From Candidatus Thorarchaeota archaeon (GTDB lineage: Archaea; Asgardarchaeota; Thorarchaeia; Thorarchaeales; Thorarchaeaceae): a DNA stretch of 12,389 nt. This document shows, one piece after another, positions 1 to 7,358 of this stretch; position 1 is the first letter of the stretch, and the number at the start of each line of letters is the position of its first letter. The stretch lies in NCBI GenBank assembly GCA_011364905.1, contig RDNZ01000062.1:1-12389 (forward strand), given 5' to 3'. The notes below the pieces were generated by a model. That model made no database searches and was not told where the DNA came from. It was given only the letters and a program-made list of their open reading frames with translations. The position numbers and the translations under genes are program-made.

Positions 1-228
1 GTGATGATGTCTGTCTTACTAGCTGAGTTCTCAATTATGGGTGTCATGTTTGCGGACATCTTCCTCTCACTTGGTCTTCATATTGACTTCTTTGGAGTCA
101 TAGAGAGTATCTTTGGTCCCGGAAACATGATGTTTGGAATTTCCGTATTTGGACTCATAGTCCAATGGACTATTGCTCTCCTCCTCGTGTGGTCAGGAAT
201 CAGGAGTCTCTCTAGACCTGAGGCCTAG
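1..228 (+). CDS. C-terminal part of a hypothetical membrane protein (probably 5'-truncated)
   Basis: Frame is open from base 1 to TAG at 226-228. It has two hydrophobic segments and a short charged tail (RSLSRPEA). Confidence 0.7.
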   Translation: MMMSVLLAEFSIMGVMFADIFLSLGLHIDFFGVIESIFGPGNMMFGISVFGLIVQWTIALLLVWSGIRSLSRPEA

Positions 229-281
229 TGAACGTGGTGAAGGTCAAGCTTCTTGATTTTGGGAGCTCGACCTTGCCACAA

Positions 282-296
282 TTTTTTTGGAGGAGG
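282..296 (+). promoter_or_regulatory. T7 tract (possible archaeal terminator) followed by a Shine-Dalgarno-like GGAGGAGG
   Basis: TTTTTTT at 282-288 and GGAGGAGG at 289-296, ending 7 nt before the GTG at 304. Confidence 0.55.
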
Positions 297-303
297 AATC
301 TAA

Positions 304-1779
304 GTGAAACTTGTTCGGAATAAACTCGAGATGATTATTCTACTTTCAATCATTCTTGCATCTGGTTTTCCACGAGGATTGGAGAACAGTACTAACAGCC
401 TTGTGCGAACGCAAGCCTATGCACCAGCTGCAGAGGTGACGGGAGTCCCTTATGTCTGGCAGGAAATCAATGGCTTCTGCATGTGGGCTGCTGTTTCTAT
501 GGCGCTACAGCATGCGGGAGTACCTTTGGGCCTTCATGAGCTTTTTGCGGCATCCGGTATCGGATTCTCAGCTTCATATCTACGATATGAGGAGAATATG
601 CTGTTTGTGCCGGGTGCATTCTATAGACAGCTTGCCCCTCTTGAAACACTCACTAATCTCTATGGATTAAACACTACTATGTACCTGAATCCTTCAACAG
701 AACTTGGGATGGTATTTCTGGAACTTGGTGCCAACTTCACCTCTCTCAACACATGGGATGAAGCGCTCAGCTTTCTGAAACAGACCATTGCGAGTGGTCA
801 GCCCCTTATCTTGTGGACTGACCCGTATTATCTTCCTCACGACTCTTATGATGTTGTTCGTGAAATAGGGCTCACAAGCTCTATCTCGGGTTCTGGTCAT
901 GCGATTCTTGCTGTTGGTTACAATAAGACTGATGAAACCGTGCAGGTAATGGATCCCGGTATCGGTGCTTTTGGAGAGGACTTTGGGTATCCAGCTGAAG
1001 GTAGTTGGTACTATAGTATCAATCAGTCATCTCTCAGGTATACTTGGAGTTCAATGGCATATGGGGCCTTCCTCATAAAAGCTGGAACCGGCAAAGTGAG
1101 CGGTTTCACACAACAATTGGCGACACTCATCATAGAACGAATGCGAGGTGAAAGGGCGTCTTACGGTCCTCAAGAAGAACAATTATTCTTCTGGAACTTT
1201 GGATCCGATGCTTTTCGAGGCTTGGCATACGACTTCACAGCAGAGGGTCTTTCATCCTGCATAGCTGACATGAAAATCGAAGATGTTGAGACAAAGGCCT
1301 TGGTTCTAACAGTCTTGGGATTGATGTTTGAAGGGTATCTTGACATTCAATACCTTTCATTTCGATCTGCGGTTGATGCGTTGCCCGGTCTCCTGCCAGA
1401 TCTGAATCTTGATGAGTTTGTTTCGATTTGTCAGAACGCTTTACCTCACTTCGATGCACTAAGCGATAATTCGACCATGATTGAGCTGGACTATTCTGGT
1501 GGAAACACAATAATGACTGAAACGCTTGGTGGCATTGCAGCTTCCTGCAACTCCACGATATCGGGGGACGTTCAAGCAGCAGCCATGGAATACGAGAATG
1601 AGCTTAGTGAAATTAGAAACCATCTCACTGACATTGCAGATCTCTGGGATGCGGCTGCAAGCACGCTAGAGAGCGCACTTCAGGATGACGGAACACTCAC
1701 GCTTGTAGTCGTGTCATTCAGCATAGTTGGGATTCTTGTTCTTGTTGTTGTTATTACTCGACGAAGATCGAGCATGTGA
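304..1779 (+). CDS. Secreted, C-terminally anchored papain-like cysteine peptidase (C39-like / BtrH_N-like)
   Basis: N-terminal signal-like segment. Motifs QEINGFC (Q53, C59), PLILWTDPYYLP, GHAILAVGY (H199) and VQVMDPG (D217). C-terminal TM helix followed by RRR. Seven N-x-S/T sequons. Confidence 0.8.
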   Translation: MKLVRNKLEMIILLSIILASGFPRGLENSTNSLVRTQAYAPAAEVTGVPYVWQEINGFCMWAAVSMALQHAGVPLGLHELFAASGIGFSASYLRYEENMLFVPGAFYRQLAPLETLTNLYGLNTTMYLNPSTELGMVFLELGANFTSLNTWDEALSFLKQTIASGQPLILWTDPYYLPHDSYDVVREIGLTSSISGSGHAILAVGYNKTDETVQVMDPGIGAFGEDFGYPAEGSWYYSINQSSLRYTWSSMAYGAFLIKAGTGKVSGFTQQLATLIIERMRGERASYGPQEEQLFFWNFGSDAFRGLAYDFTAEGLSSCIADMKIEDVETKALVLTVLGLMFEGYLDIQYLSFRSAVDALPGLLPDLNLDEFVSICQNALPHFDALSDNSTMIELDYSGGNTIMTETLGGIAASCNSTISGDVQAAAMEYENELSEIRNHLTDIADLWDAAASTLESALQDDGTLTLVVVSFSIVGILVLVVVITRRRSSM

Positions 1780-1781
1780 CT

Positions 1782-2543
1782 TTATCTCCGGGAGTGAATG
1801 ATCATATTTCGGTCATCACTCCCAACAAAGATAGATTCGGAAAAGTCTGAGTAGAACTTGGTCTCTCTGAAACCTGCACGTGCTAAATGACGTTTCATCA
1901 GGCTTTCATTGAGGTTCAGCACCTTCTGTGTGGAAACTTGAGATGTCCATCTGCCTTTGACCTTGATTTGGGCAGTCATTACTAAAGTCGAGGAGTGTGG
2001 AGGATCAGTGTGCTCATAGAATCTTGAAAATACCACTTCCTCTCCATTGTCCATTGTTCCCGCTTTCTGCGGGAAAAACCTGAAACCAGTCCTGTATATC
2101 TCTTCAAAATTCAGAATCTGAGCTATGAACACACCATCTTTCCGCAGTGTGCCATATATCGATGATAATACCCTCTCTAATCCTTCTAAGTTATTGAGTA
2201 ATGCTAGAGAGTTTCCAAGACAGATTATCAGATCATATTGCCCCGGTGCTATTGTTTGAAACTCCTCCATGTTTCCAAGTATGAATCTAGGTGCAGCCCC
2301 ACTTGACAGGGCATGGCTCTTAGCCTTTGAAATCATTGCTTTGCTGCTGTCAACTCCCACAACTTTTGCGCCTTCAAGTGCGAGCGCAACGGAATGCCTT
2401 CCAGTCCCACATGCCAAATCTAAGACGGACTTGTCCTTGGGATTGCCAAGACGTGAGGTCAGGAAAGGCATTTCTCTCGCAAGTCTTGCTTTCCAATCAA
2501 TTGCGTCATTGTAAGCAATTGCTACATCATCGAACGAGCTCAT
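1782..2543 (-). CDS. Class I SAM-dependent methyltransferase (glycine/sarcosine N-methyltransferase-like)
   Basis: Motif I VLDLACGTGRHS, GVDSS, YDLIICLGNSL and LRKDGVFI. ATG at 2543 is preferred over the TTG at 2579 used by the ORF track. Confidence 0.85.
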   Translation of the reverse strand: MSSFDDVAIAYNDAIDWKARLAREMPFLTSRLGNPKDKSVLDLACGTGRHSVALALEGAKVVGVDSSKAMISKAKSHALSSGAAPRFILGNMEEFQTIAPGQYDLIICLGNSLALLNNLEGLERVLSSIYGTLRKDGVFIAQILNFEEIYRTGFRFFPQKAGTMDNGEEVVFSRFYEHTDPPHSSTLVMTAQIKVKGRWTSQVSTQKVLNLNESLMKRHLARAGFRETKFYSDFSESIFVGSDDRNMIIHSRR

Positions 2544-2568
2544 GTGAAACTTGCTGACAGATAATCCC

Positions 2569-2591
2569 TTGAACTTCAACTTTACGTAAAG
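2569..2591. promoter_or_regulatory. Two abutting palindromes in a divergent intergenic region
   Basis: TTGAA-C-TTCAA at 2569-2579 and the perfect 12-bp CTTTACGTAAAG at 2580-2591. Confidence 0.35.
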
Positions 2592-2630
2592 GATTAAGTG
2601 CTCTCAGGCTATATGATATGTAGTGAGTGA

Positions 2631-2873
2631 ATGCTCGGAATAATTATTGGATTGATTTTCATTGGTGGAATTCTTATTGCCTTTCTTCCGAAACGAAGAG
2701 GCGGCTCACCACCAAAATCTGAGAAACCGGTAATGCTCTATGCTCCGGGTTCTGAAGATGTTGCAGGTGAATCATACTTCCCTGCACGGAAGGATGGATC
2801 AATGCCATTTCCAGTTGGCAAGAGGGAAGAACGGGAGAAGACCGAAACCTTTCGAAGGTCCGTCGAAGATTAG
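2631..2873 (+). CDS. Small single-pass membrane protein, hypothetical
   Basis: ATG start, a hydrophobic N-terminus of about 19 aa followed by PKRR (positive-inside rule), and a Pro/charge-rich tail. It fills the gap between genes and overlaps the convergent SDR stop by 4 nt. Confidence 0.7.
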   Translation: MLGIIIGLIFIGGILIAFLPKRRGGSPPKSEKPVMLYAPGSEDVAGESYFPARKDGSMPFPVGKREEREKTETFRRSVED

Positions 2874-3679
2874 CTTTCAGTAGAATCAGTTTCATCCAGA
2901 GTGAAGAGGACTCTCCCCTCCATTCCTCCTGCAACTGTGATTGTTTGTCCACTCACATGACCAGCAAGCACATCAGATGCGAGATAAAGGATGGCTCCAG
3001 CAATATCCTCCGGTATAGCTGTTTTGCGCATTGGGATTGTTTGTAGAATTCTCCTTATCATATCTTTATCAGTCAGTGCTTCTTCAGCCATCGGCGTCAT
3101 TGTCCACCCAGGATTGACGAGATTTACGCGTCCTTTAGGAGCCAAATGCACAATCTCATTCTTCAGACTCATCATCATACCATGCATTGCTGATTTCGAT
3201 ACTGAGTAATCAACATACCAAGCTTCTCCGAAATATCCCGCAGTTGATCCAACAAGTATCAATGAGGCTGATTCGCCGGGAAACATTTCAAGGTTGGAGA
3301 AGAAATACTTTGAACAGAGGAAGGTTCCAGTAAGGTTTACTCTCAACGTGTTCTCCCATTGTTCCATTGTCATATCTTGAACAGCTATTCCCTCATGATT
3401 AGCTATTCCTGCATTTGCAACTAACACATCGACTCGACCAAATGCATGATTTGCCGTGGCAAAAAGTTTCCCAACTTCATCTTCAGAGGTCTGGTCCACT
3501 TTCACAGCTTCCAATTTGTCTGGCCATCTATCTTTAAGATTATTGAGCGGTTTTGCAGATTGATTATATGTTCCAGTCACGAAGGCTCCCTCGAGAAGAA
3601 ACATTCGTGTGATGACCAACCCAATTCCTCCGGATGCCCCAGTGACTATGATGTGTTTTCCAGATAATCCCATATCCAC
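2870..3679 (-). CDS. Short-chain dehydrogenase/reductase (classical SDR)
   Basis: TGASGGIG, NAG, catalytic Ser in GST, YSVSK (YxxxK), VNPGWTMT and SGQTITVAGG. GGGGAGGT RBS upstream. The start is either GTG 3679 or ATG 3673. Confidence 0.93.
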   Translation of the reverse strand: MDMGLSGKHIIVTGASGGIGLVITRMFLLEGAFVTGTYNQSAKPLNNLKDRWPDKLEAVKVDQTSEDEVGKLFATANHAFGRVDVLVANAGIANHEGIAVQDMTMEQWENTLRVNLTGTFLCSKYFFSNLEMFPGESASLILVGSTAGYFGEAWYVDYSVSKSAMHGMMMSLKNEIVHLAPKGRVNLVNPGWTMTPMAEEALTDKDMIRRILQTIPMRKTAIPEDIAGAILYLASDVLAGHVSGQTITVAGGMEGRVLFTLDETDSTES

Positions 3680-3718
3680 TCTATGTACCTCCCATTCATG
3701 ATATTGAATCTCAAGGTA

Positions 3719-4222
3719 TCAATCAGTGGGCTCTGATTTCCAAAGAATGCGATGATACCTTTCAATGAGAACTTCAGGCCAGCTGCCGACAGACCTCAAA
3801 AGAAGGTCCGCTGTCAATCCAACCTCATTATCTATTTTGAGTTCCTTGAGGTTTCCGCATTGAAACAACGGAGAAAGGTCTACACGCTTCAGACGATTAT
3901 TGAGTAAGGAAACTTCTTGCAGATTTGGACACGAGCTCAAAGGTTCCAAATCTACCTCTTGGAGTCTGTTATGACCCAAATTTAAAACCTTTAAATTTCT
4001 CCCGCATTTTTCCAACGGAGACAGGTCAATCTCAGTGATGCTGTTGCTGCGAATGCTTAAGGTTTCAAGATTTTCACACCAGATTAATGGTAGTAGATCA
4101 ACCTGGGCTATATTGCGAAGATCGAGACTGATTCTAGTTTCATCGGATTCGAAACGTGCAGTTTTCTCCAGACCATTGGTTGTTACATACCTGATGAAGA
4201 TCTCTGATACCACTACCACCAA
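3719..4222 (-). CDS. Small leucine-rich repeat protein
   Basis: About four 24-25 aa repeats of the form LxxLxLxxNxLxxVDLxPLxxCxN (DLLPL, DLSPL, DLEPL, DLSPL). The exact start is uncertain because there are several GTGs. Confidence 0.88.
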   Translation of the reverse strand: MVVVVSEIFIRYVTTNGLEKTARFESDETRISLDLRNIAQVDLLPLIWCENLETLSIRSNSITEIDLSPLEKCGRNLKVLNLGHNRLQEVDLEPLSSCPNLQEVSLLNNRLKRVDLSPLFQCGNLKELKIDNEVGLTADLLLRSVGSWPEVLIERYHRILWKSEPTD

Positions 4223-4377
4223 CCTTCCTAGGAAGCAGCTTGAATCCTGTAAGAAAAGGTTTCCCTATAAAATGATGGCTCTTTTATCCGAAGAAGGCGC
4301 AAAATCCAATTAACCGGATTGTCTTAAAACAGGGGTGTGCATTAGCCAGCAGTGCTGCATAAAGGAGTCTGTTAAAA

Positions 4378-5292
4378 ATGTCAAACCTGAGTGTTCCCTC
4401 AACATTCTCAATTGTGGCCCGAGACCCCATTAACGGTGACCTTGGAGTCATAGTCCAATCGAAATTTCCTGCTGTAGGCTCTGTTGTTCCATGGGCCAAA
4501 GCAAATGTTGGCGCTATAGCGACCCAGGCATGGGCAAATGTAGGATATGGCCCCAATGGCCTTAGCCTTCTCGAAAGTGGTCACAGTGCGTCAGAAACTC
4601 TGAAGACCCTACTCAATGAGGATGAAGGGCGAGAGCATCGTCAGATTGGTATTGTTGATGCCAAGGGGCAAGCGGTGGCTCACACAGGAAAGGAATGTAT
4701 GGAGTGGGCTGGTCAGATCATTGGAGATGGTTTCACATGCCAAGGTAACATCTTAGCCGGTGAAGATGTGGTCATCGAGATGGCTGAGGCATATGAAATC
4801 ACAGAAGGTGACTTGATAGACAAGTTGTTCGCAGGCCTTGCTGCAGGTCAAGCTGCAGGCGGAGACCGACGTGGAATGCAGTCAGCTTCCATTCTTGTGG
4901 TTCGAGAGAAGGGCGGTTATGAGGGAGGCAACGACAGATATGTTGACGTTCGTGTTGATGATCACCCGACTCCAATTGATGAGCTTGTTCGAATCTTCAA
5001 TATATACGACATGACACTTCTATCTCGTGAAGATCCGAATCTTCTTATGAGGATTGAAGGCGATTTACTTGCTATCATCCAAGAAGCATTGGTCACACTA
5101 GGGTATCTGGACAAAGTCTACGCTGATTTCTTCGACCAGAAAACCAAATCTGCTCTCACGGAATGGATTAACTCAAACAACTTCGAGAACAAGGCGAGAG
5201 ATGATGGGACCATCTGGCCCAGCGTTGTTGATTTTCTGCTAGAAGATGCTGATCTGATGACTGAATGGCTCAAACGAAAGCAAACTGAATAG
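4378..5292 (+). CDS. DUF1028 family Ntn-hydrolase-like protein with a C-terminal PG-binding-like domain
   Basis: TFSIVARDP, GAIATQA, HTG, QGNILAG, GGDRRGMQSA and DVRVDDH. The C-terminal IQEALVTLGYL...TKSALTEW...NFE pattern matches the appended domain. Confidence 0.9.
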   Translation: MSNLSVPSTFSIVARDPINGDLGVIVQSKFPAVGSVVPWAKANVGAIATQAWANVGYGPNGLSLLESGHSASETLKTLLNEDEGREHRQIGIVDAKGQAVAHTGKECMEWAGQIIGDGFTCQGNILAGEDVVIEMAEAYEITEGDLIDKLFAGLAAGQAAGGDRRGMQSASILVVREKGGYEGGNDRYVDVRVDDHPTPIDELVRIFNIYDMTLLSREDPNLLMRIEGDLLAIIQEALVTLGYLDKVYADFFDQKTKSALTEWINSNNFENKARDDGTIWPSVVDFLLEDADLMTEWLKRKQTE

Positions 5293-5295
5293 GTT

Positions 5296-6051
5296 TCAAG
5301 ATTCTTGATCAAGACTCTCAAGATTCTTCTTCCAAGCTCGTTCGATACGTTTTTCGCGGTTATAATGTCCCATCTCGCCTCTTGTTGCAGATGGATTTCC
5401 GCTGAGAATTACTCCTCCCTCGAATATTATCAAAAACGCGGCAACGATGGAAGCTGTGTAATCTCCAGCAACCCACATACCAAGAATCCATAGCCATAAT
5501 GATGTGATTAAAGTCCAAATCCCAGCAAAGAAGAAGAACCACTTCCGTTTCCAAGGTGGAGCCTTGAGAAATGTTGCATAATCAATCTTCACGGTTGGTT
5601 CGTAATATTCGTCTCTACACATCCCATCCAGCTTTATTCCCGCCCATAATCCTGCTATGACTCGTCCAATGGGATAAAGAAACGCAACAACTGCAAAGAT
5701 GAAAACAAACCGTAGTGCGAAGGTAGTCCAACCTGGTATGCCCCATGTTAGAACCCCGCCCCAGTTCAATGGCGTTTCAAGGGCCCAGAGATATCCCCAG
5801 ACAGCCAGTAGTCCTAGGATGGTTTCTATTAGGAGAACAGGAACAAGCGGATACGTCTTACCACGGGCCGCTTGAAACAGGATATTCCTTATCTCAGACG
5901 CTTGAATGATCTCTTGTTCATCAGGTCTGGGGTCTTTCTTGATCTGGCGCACAATCCTCCAAAACTCCTTACGTGTTGCGCCGGGCACCTCCTTTGGATT
6001 CTGTGTCACAATAGAAAGAATTTCCTGCAGTTTGAGCAAGCGGTCTGTCAT
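5296..6051 (-). CDS. Four-TM membrane protein, divergent peptidase M50 (site-2 protease)-like, lacking the Zn motif
   Basis: ATG start and four hydrophobic segments. FLYPIGRVIAGLWAGIKL and FLKAPPWKRKWFFFFAG resemble M50 motifs. The CDS is solid but the family call is tentative. Confidence 0.6.
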   Translation of the reverse strand: MTDRLLKLQEILSIVTQNPKEVPGATRKEFWRIVRQIKKDPRPDEQEIIQASEIRNILFQAARGKTYPLVPVLLIETILGLLAVWGYLWALETPLNWGGVLTWGIPGWTTFALRFVFIFAVVAFLYPIGRVIAGLWAGIKLDGMCRDEYYEPTVKIDYATFLKAPPWKRKWFFFFAGIWTLITSLWLWILGMWVAGDYTASIVAAFLIIFEGGVILSGNPSATRGEMGHYNREKRIERAWKKNLESLDQES

Positions 6052-6176
6052 CAGAAAGGGTCTCCTGGAACACTAGACTGATGTTTTCTCCCACTTTTAA
6101 CGGCTTCTAAAATAATGAAGAGTAGATAAGCAGATTCGCAAATAGTAAGCTAGAGATTGTTCTATGGAGCTTTCAT

Positions 6177-6980
6177 ATGACGTCCAAGATTGAAAAAGGC
6201 ATCAGGGATCTCTCAAAGTATGACCTAGTCGTGAAACGTTTCAATCTAGCCATTGACGAGAACCAAGCGAGGTTGCCAGAACTTGAGTTTGACCGGGCAA
6301 GCTATCCTGGATTTGAAGCGCATCTATACACGATTGCTGATGCCGCACTATGGACTCCTAAATTGGATTCAACAGATGATGTTTTGGTTCTAAAAGGACC
6401 CAGAGATATAATCGATCCATATTACTCCTGGAAGAGGCTGCTAGATATTACTAACCGGATAATGAAGTATCTTGAATTCCATAGGCAGGAGGTGAAGCAT
6501 GGAATCATTCCGAGCACGAATTGGCTGTTCAATGAAAATCAGTGGTATCGCAAAAACTGGGATCACCCTCAGCATAAGACTTCGGCAGTTGATGAGTTTC
6601 TCGCCTCTGTAGACGAGTCGATTCAAGCGCACATTAAAGAGCTAAACGACCTCGGATTTCCAACAACCCAGAGTTGCTCCGGAATGGAAAAAGACCACCG
6701 CGACAGAGAACCATATCTGCCCTATGTCATGTTTGATGAGAGAGCATACCAAAGATCCAGTGCTCACTTGTTTACACTTGCAGACATTTCTGGATGGATA
6801 CCAAGTTATGGTCCGCACAATTTCGATATTGAAATCAGGCTACTAGATTCAACAGATGCAGAAGCATGCTGGGACAAGTTGGTTACGTCTGCTCGGACTC
6901 TTGCACGCCTGCTTCAACACTACAGAACAACTGTCAAACCCGACTTGGTGGTTGCTCGTCAACAATTCCAAATTCTCTAA
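6177..6980 (+). CDS. Hypothetical protein made of two homologous domains, with a TYW3/Taw3-like motif in the second
   Basis: VDESIQAHIKELNDLGFPTTQSCSG at aa 145-169. Internal repeat between aa 33-61 and aa 181-209. Confidence 0.7.
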   Translation: MTSKIEKGIRDLSKYDLVVKRFNLAIDENQARLPELEFDRASYPGFEAHLYTIADAALWTPKLDSTDDVLVLKGPRDIIDPYYSWKRLLDITNRIMKYLEFHRQEVKHGIIPSTNWLFNENQWYRKNWDHPQHKTSAVDEFLASVDESIQAHIKELNDLGFPTTQSCSGMEKDHRDREPYLPYVMFDERAYQRSSAHLFTLADISGWIPSYGPHNFDIEIRLLDSTDAEACWDKLVTSARTLARLLQHYRTTVKPDLVVARQQFQIL

Positions 6981-7004
6981 AAGGAGTGCTGCAATTCTAT
7001 TTTT

Positions 7005-7355
7005 GTGCCAATTGATAGGACATTCAGGGAAACATGGACGATTGTTAATGATCATCTTGGGCACCCTGTATGGCGCTTGTCTGAGAATGCGACGATTGAG
7101 ATTCATGGAAGCCGAGTGGGAGTAGACTTCTCACTCTGTTATGGTTGCACGAAGTGTGTCAACGCATGTCCAACCGTTGTGTTCGAACTAATACAAGATG
7201 AATCTGGACAATCAGTTGCAGACCCAGAAAGAGAGGATGACTGTATTCTCTGTCTGGTATGCGAGATTGTATGTCCTGTTGAGGCAATTAGTGTTGAGAG
7301 AGAAGGTGGATCAGACGATACACTCACTTCTCTACTAGAGGGAACGAGAGGTTAG
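7005..7355 (+). CDS. zfx: Zinc-containing-type dicluster ferredoxin, predicted 2[4Fe-4S]
   Basis: CYGCTKCVNACP and CILCLVCEIVCP. The N-terminal extension PIDRTF...DHLGHPVW...IHGSRVGVDF and the ADP motif match the Sulfolobus/Thermoplasma Zn-ferredoxin pattern (H17, H20, H34, D73). Confidence 0.88.
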   Translation: MPIDRTFRETWTIVNDHLGHPVWRLSENATIEIHGSRVGVDFSLCYGCTKCVNACPTVVFELIQDESGQSVADPEREDDCILCLVCEIVCPVEAISVEREGGSDDTLTSLLEGTRG

Positions 7356-7358
7356 ACG

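Noticed and set aside
2544-2579. ORF-track N-terminal extensions (also 9999-10046 and about 11340-11402)
   Set aside because: Downstream starts fit better with the RBS, the signal peptide or the space needed for a promoter.
3978-3998. Inverted repeat AAATTTAAA-acc-TTTAAATTT
   Set aside because: It is AT-only and lies within the LRR coding sequence (NLKVLNL), so codon composition explains it.
6177-6980. Calling this gene taw3/TYW3
   Set aside because: Only one motif matches, it is internal rather than N-terminal, the SCSGR Arg is missing, and the duplicated architecture differs from Taw3.
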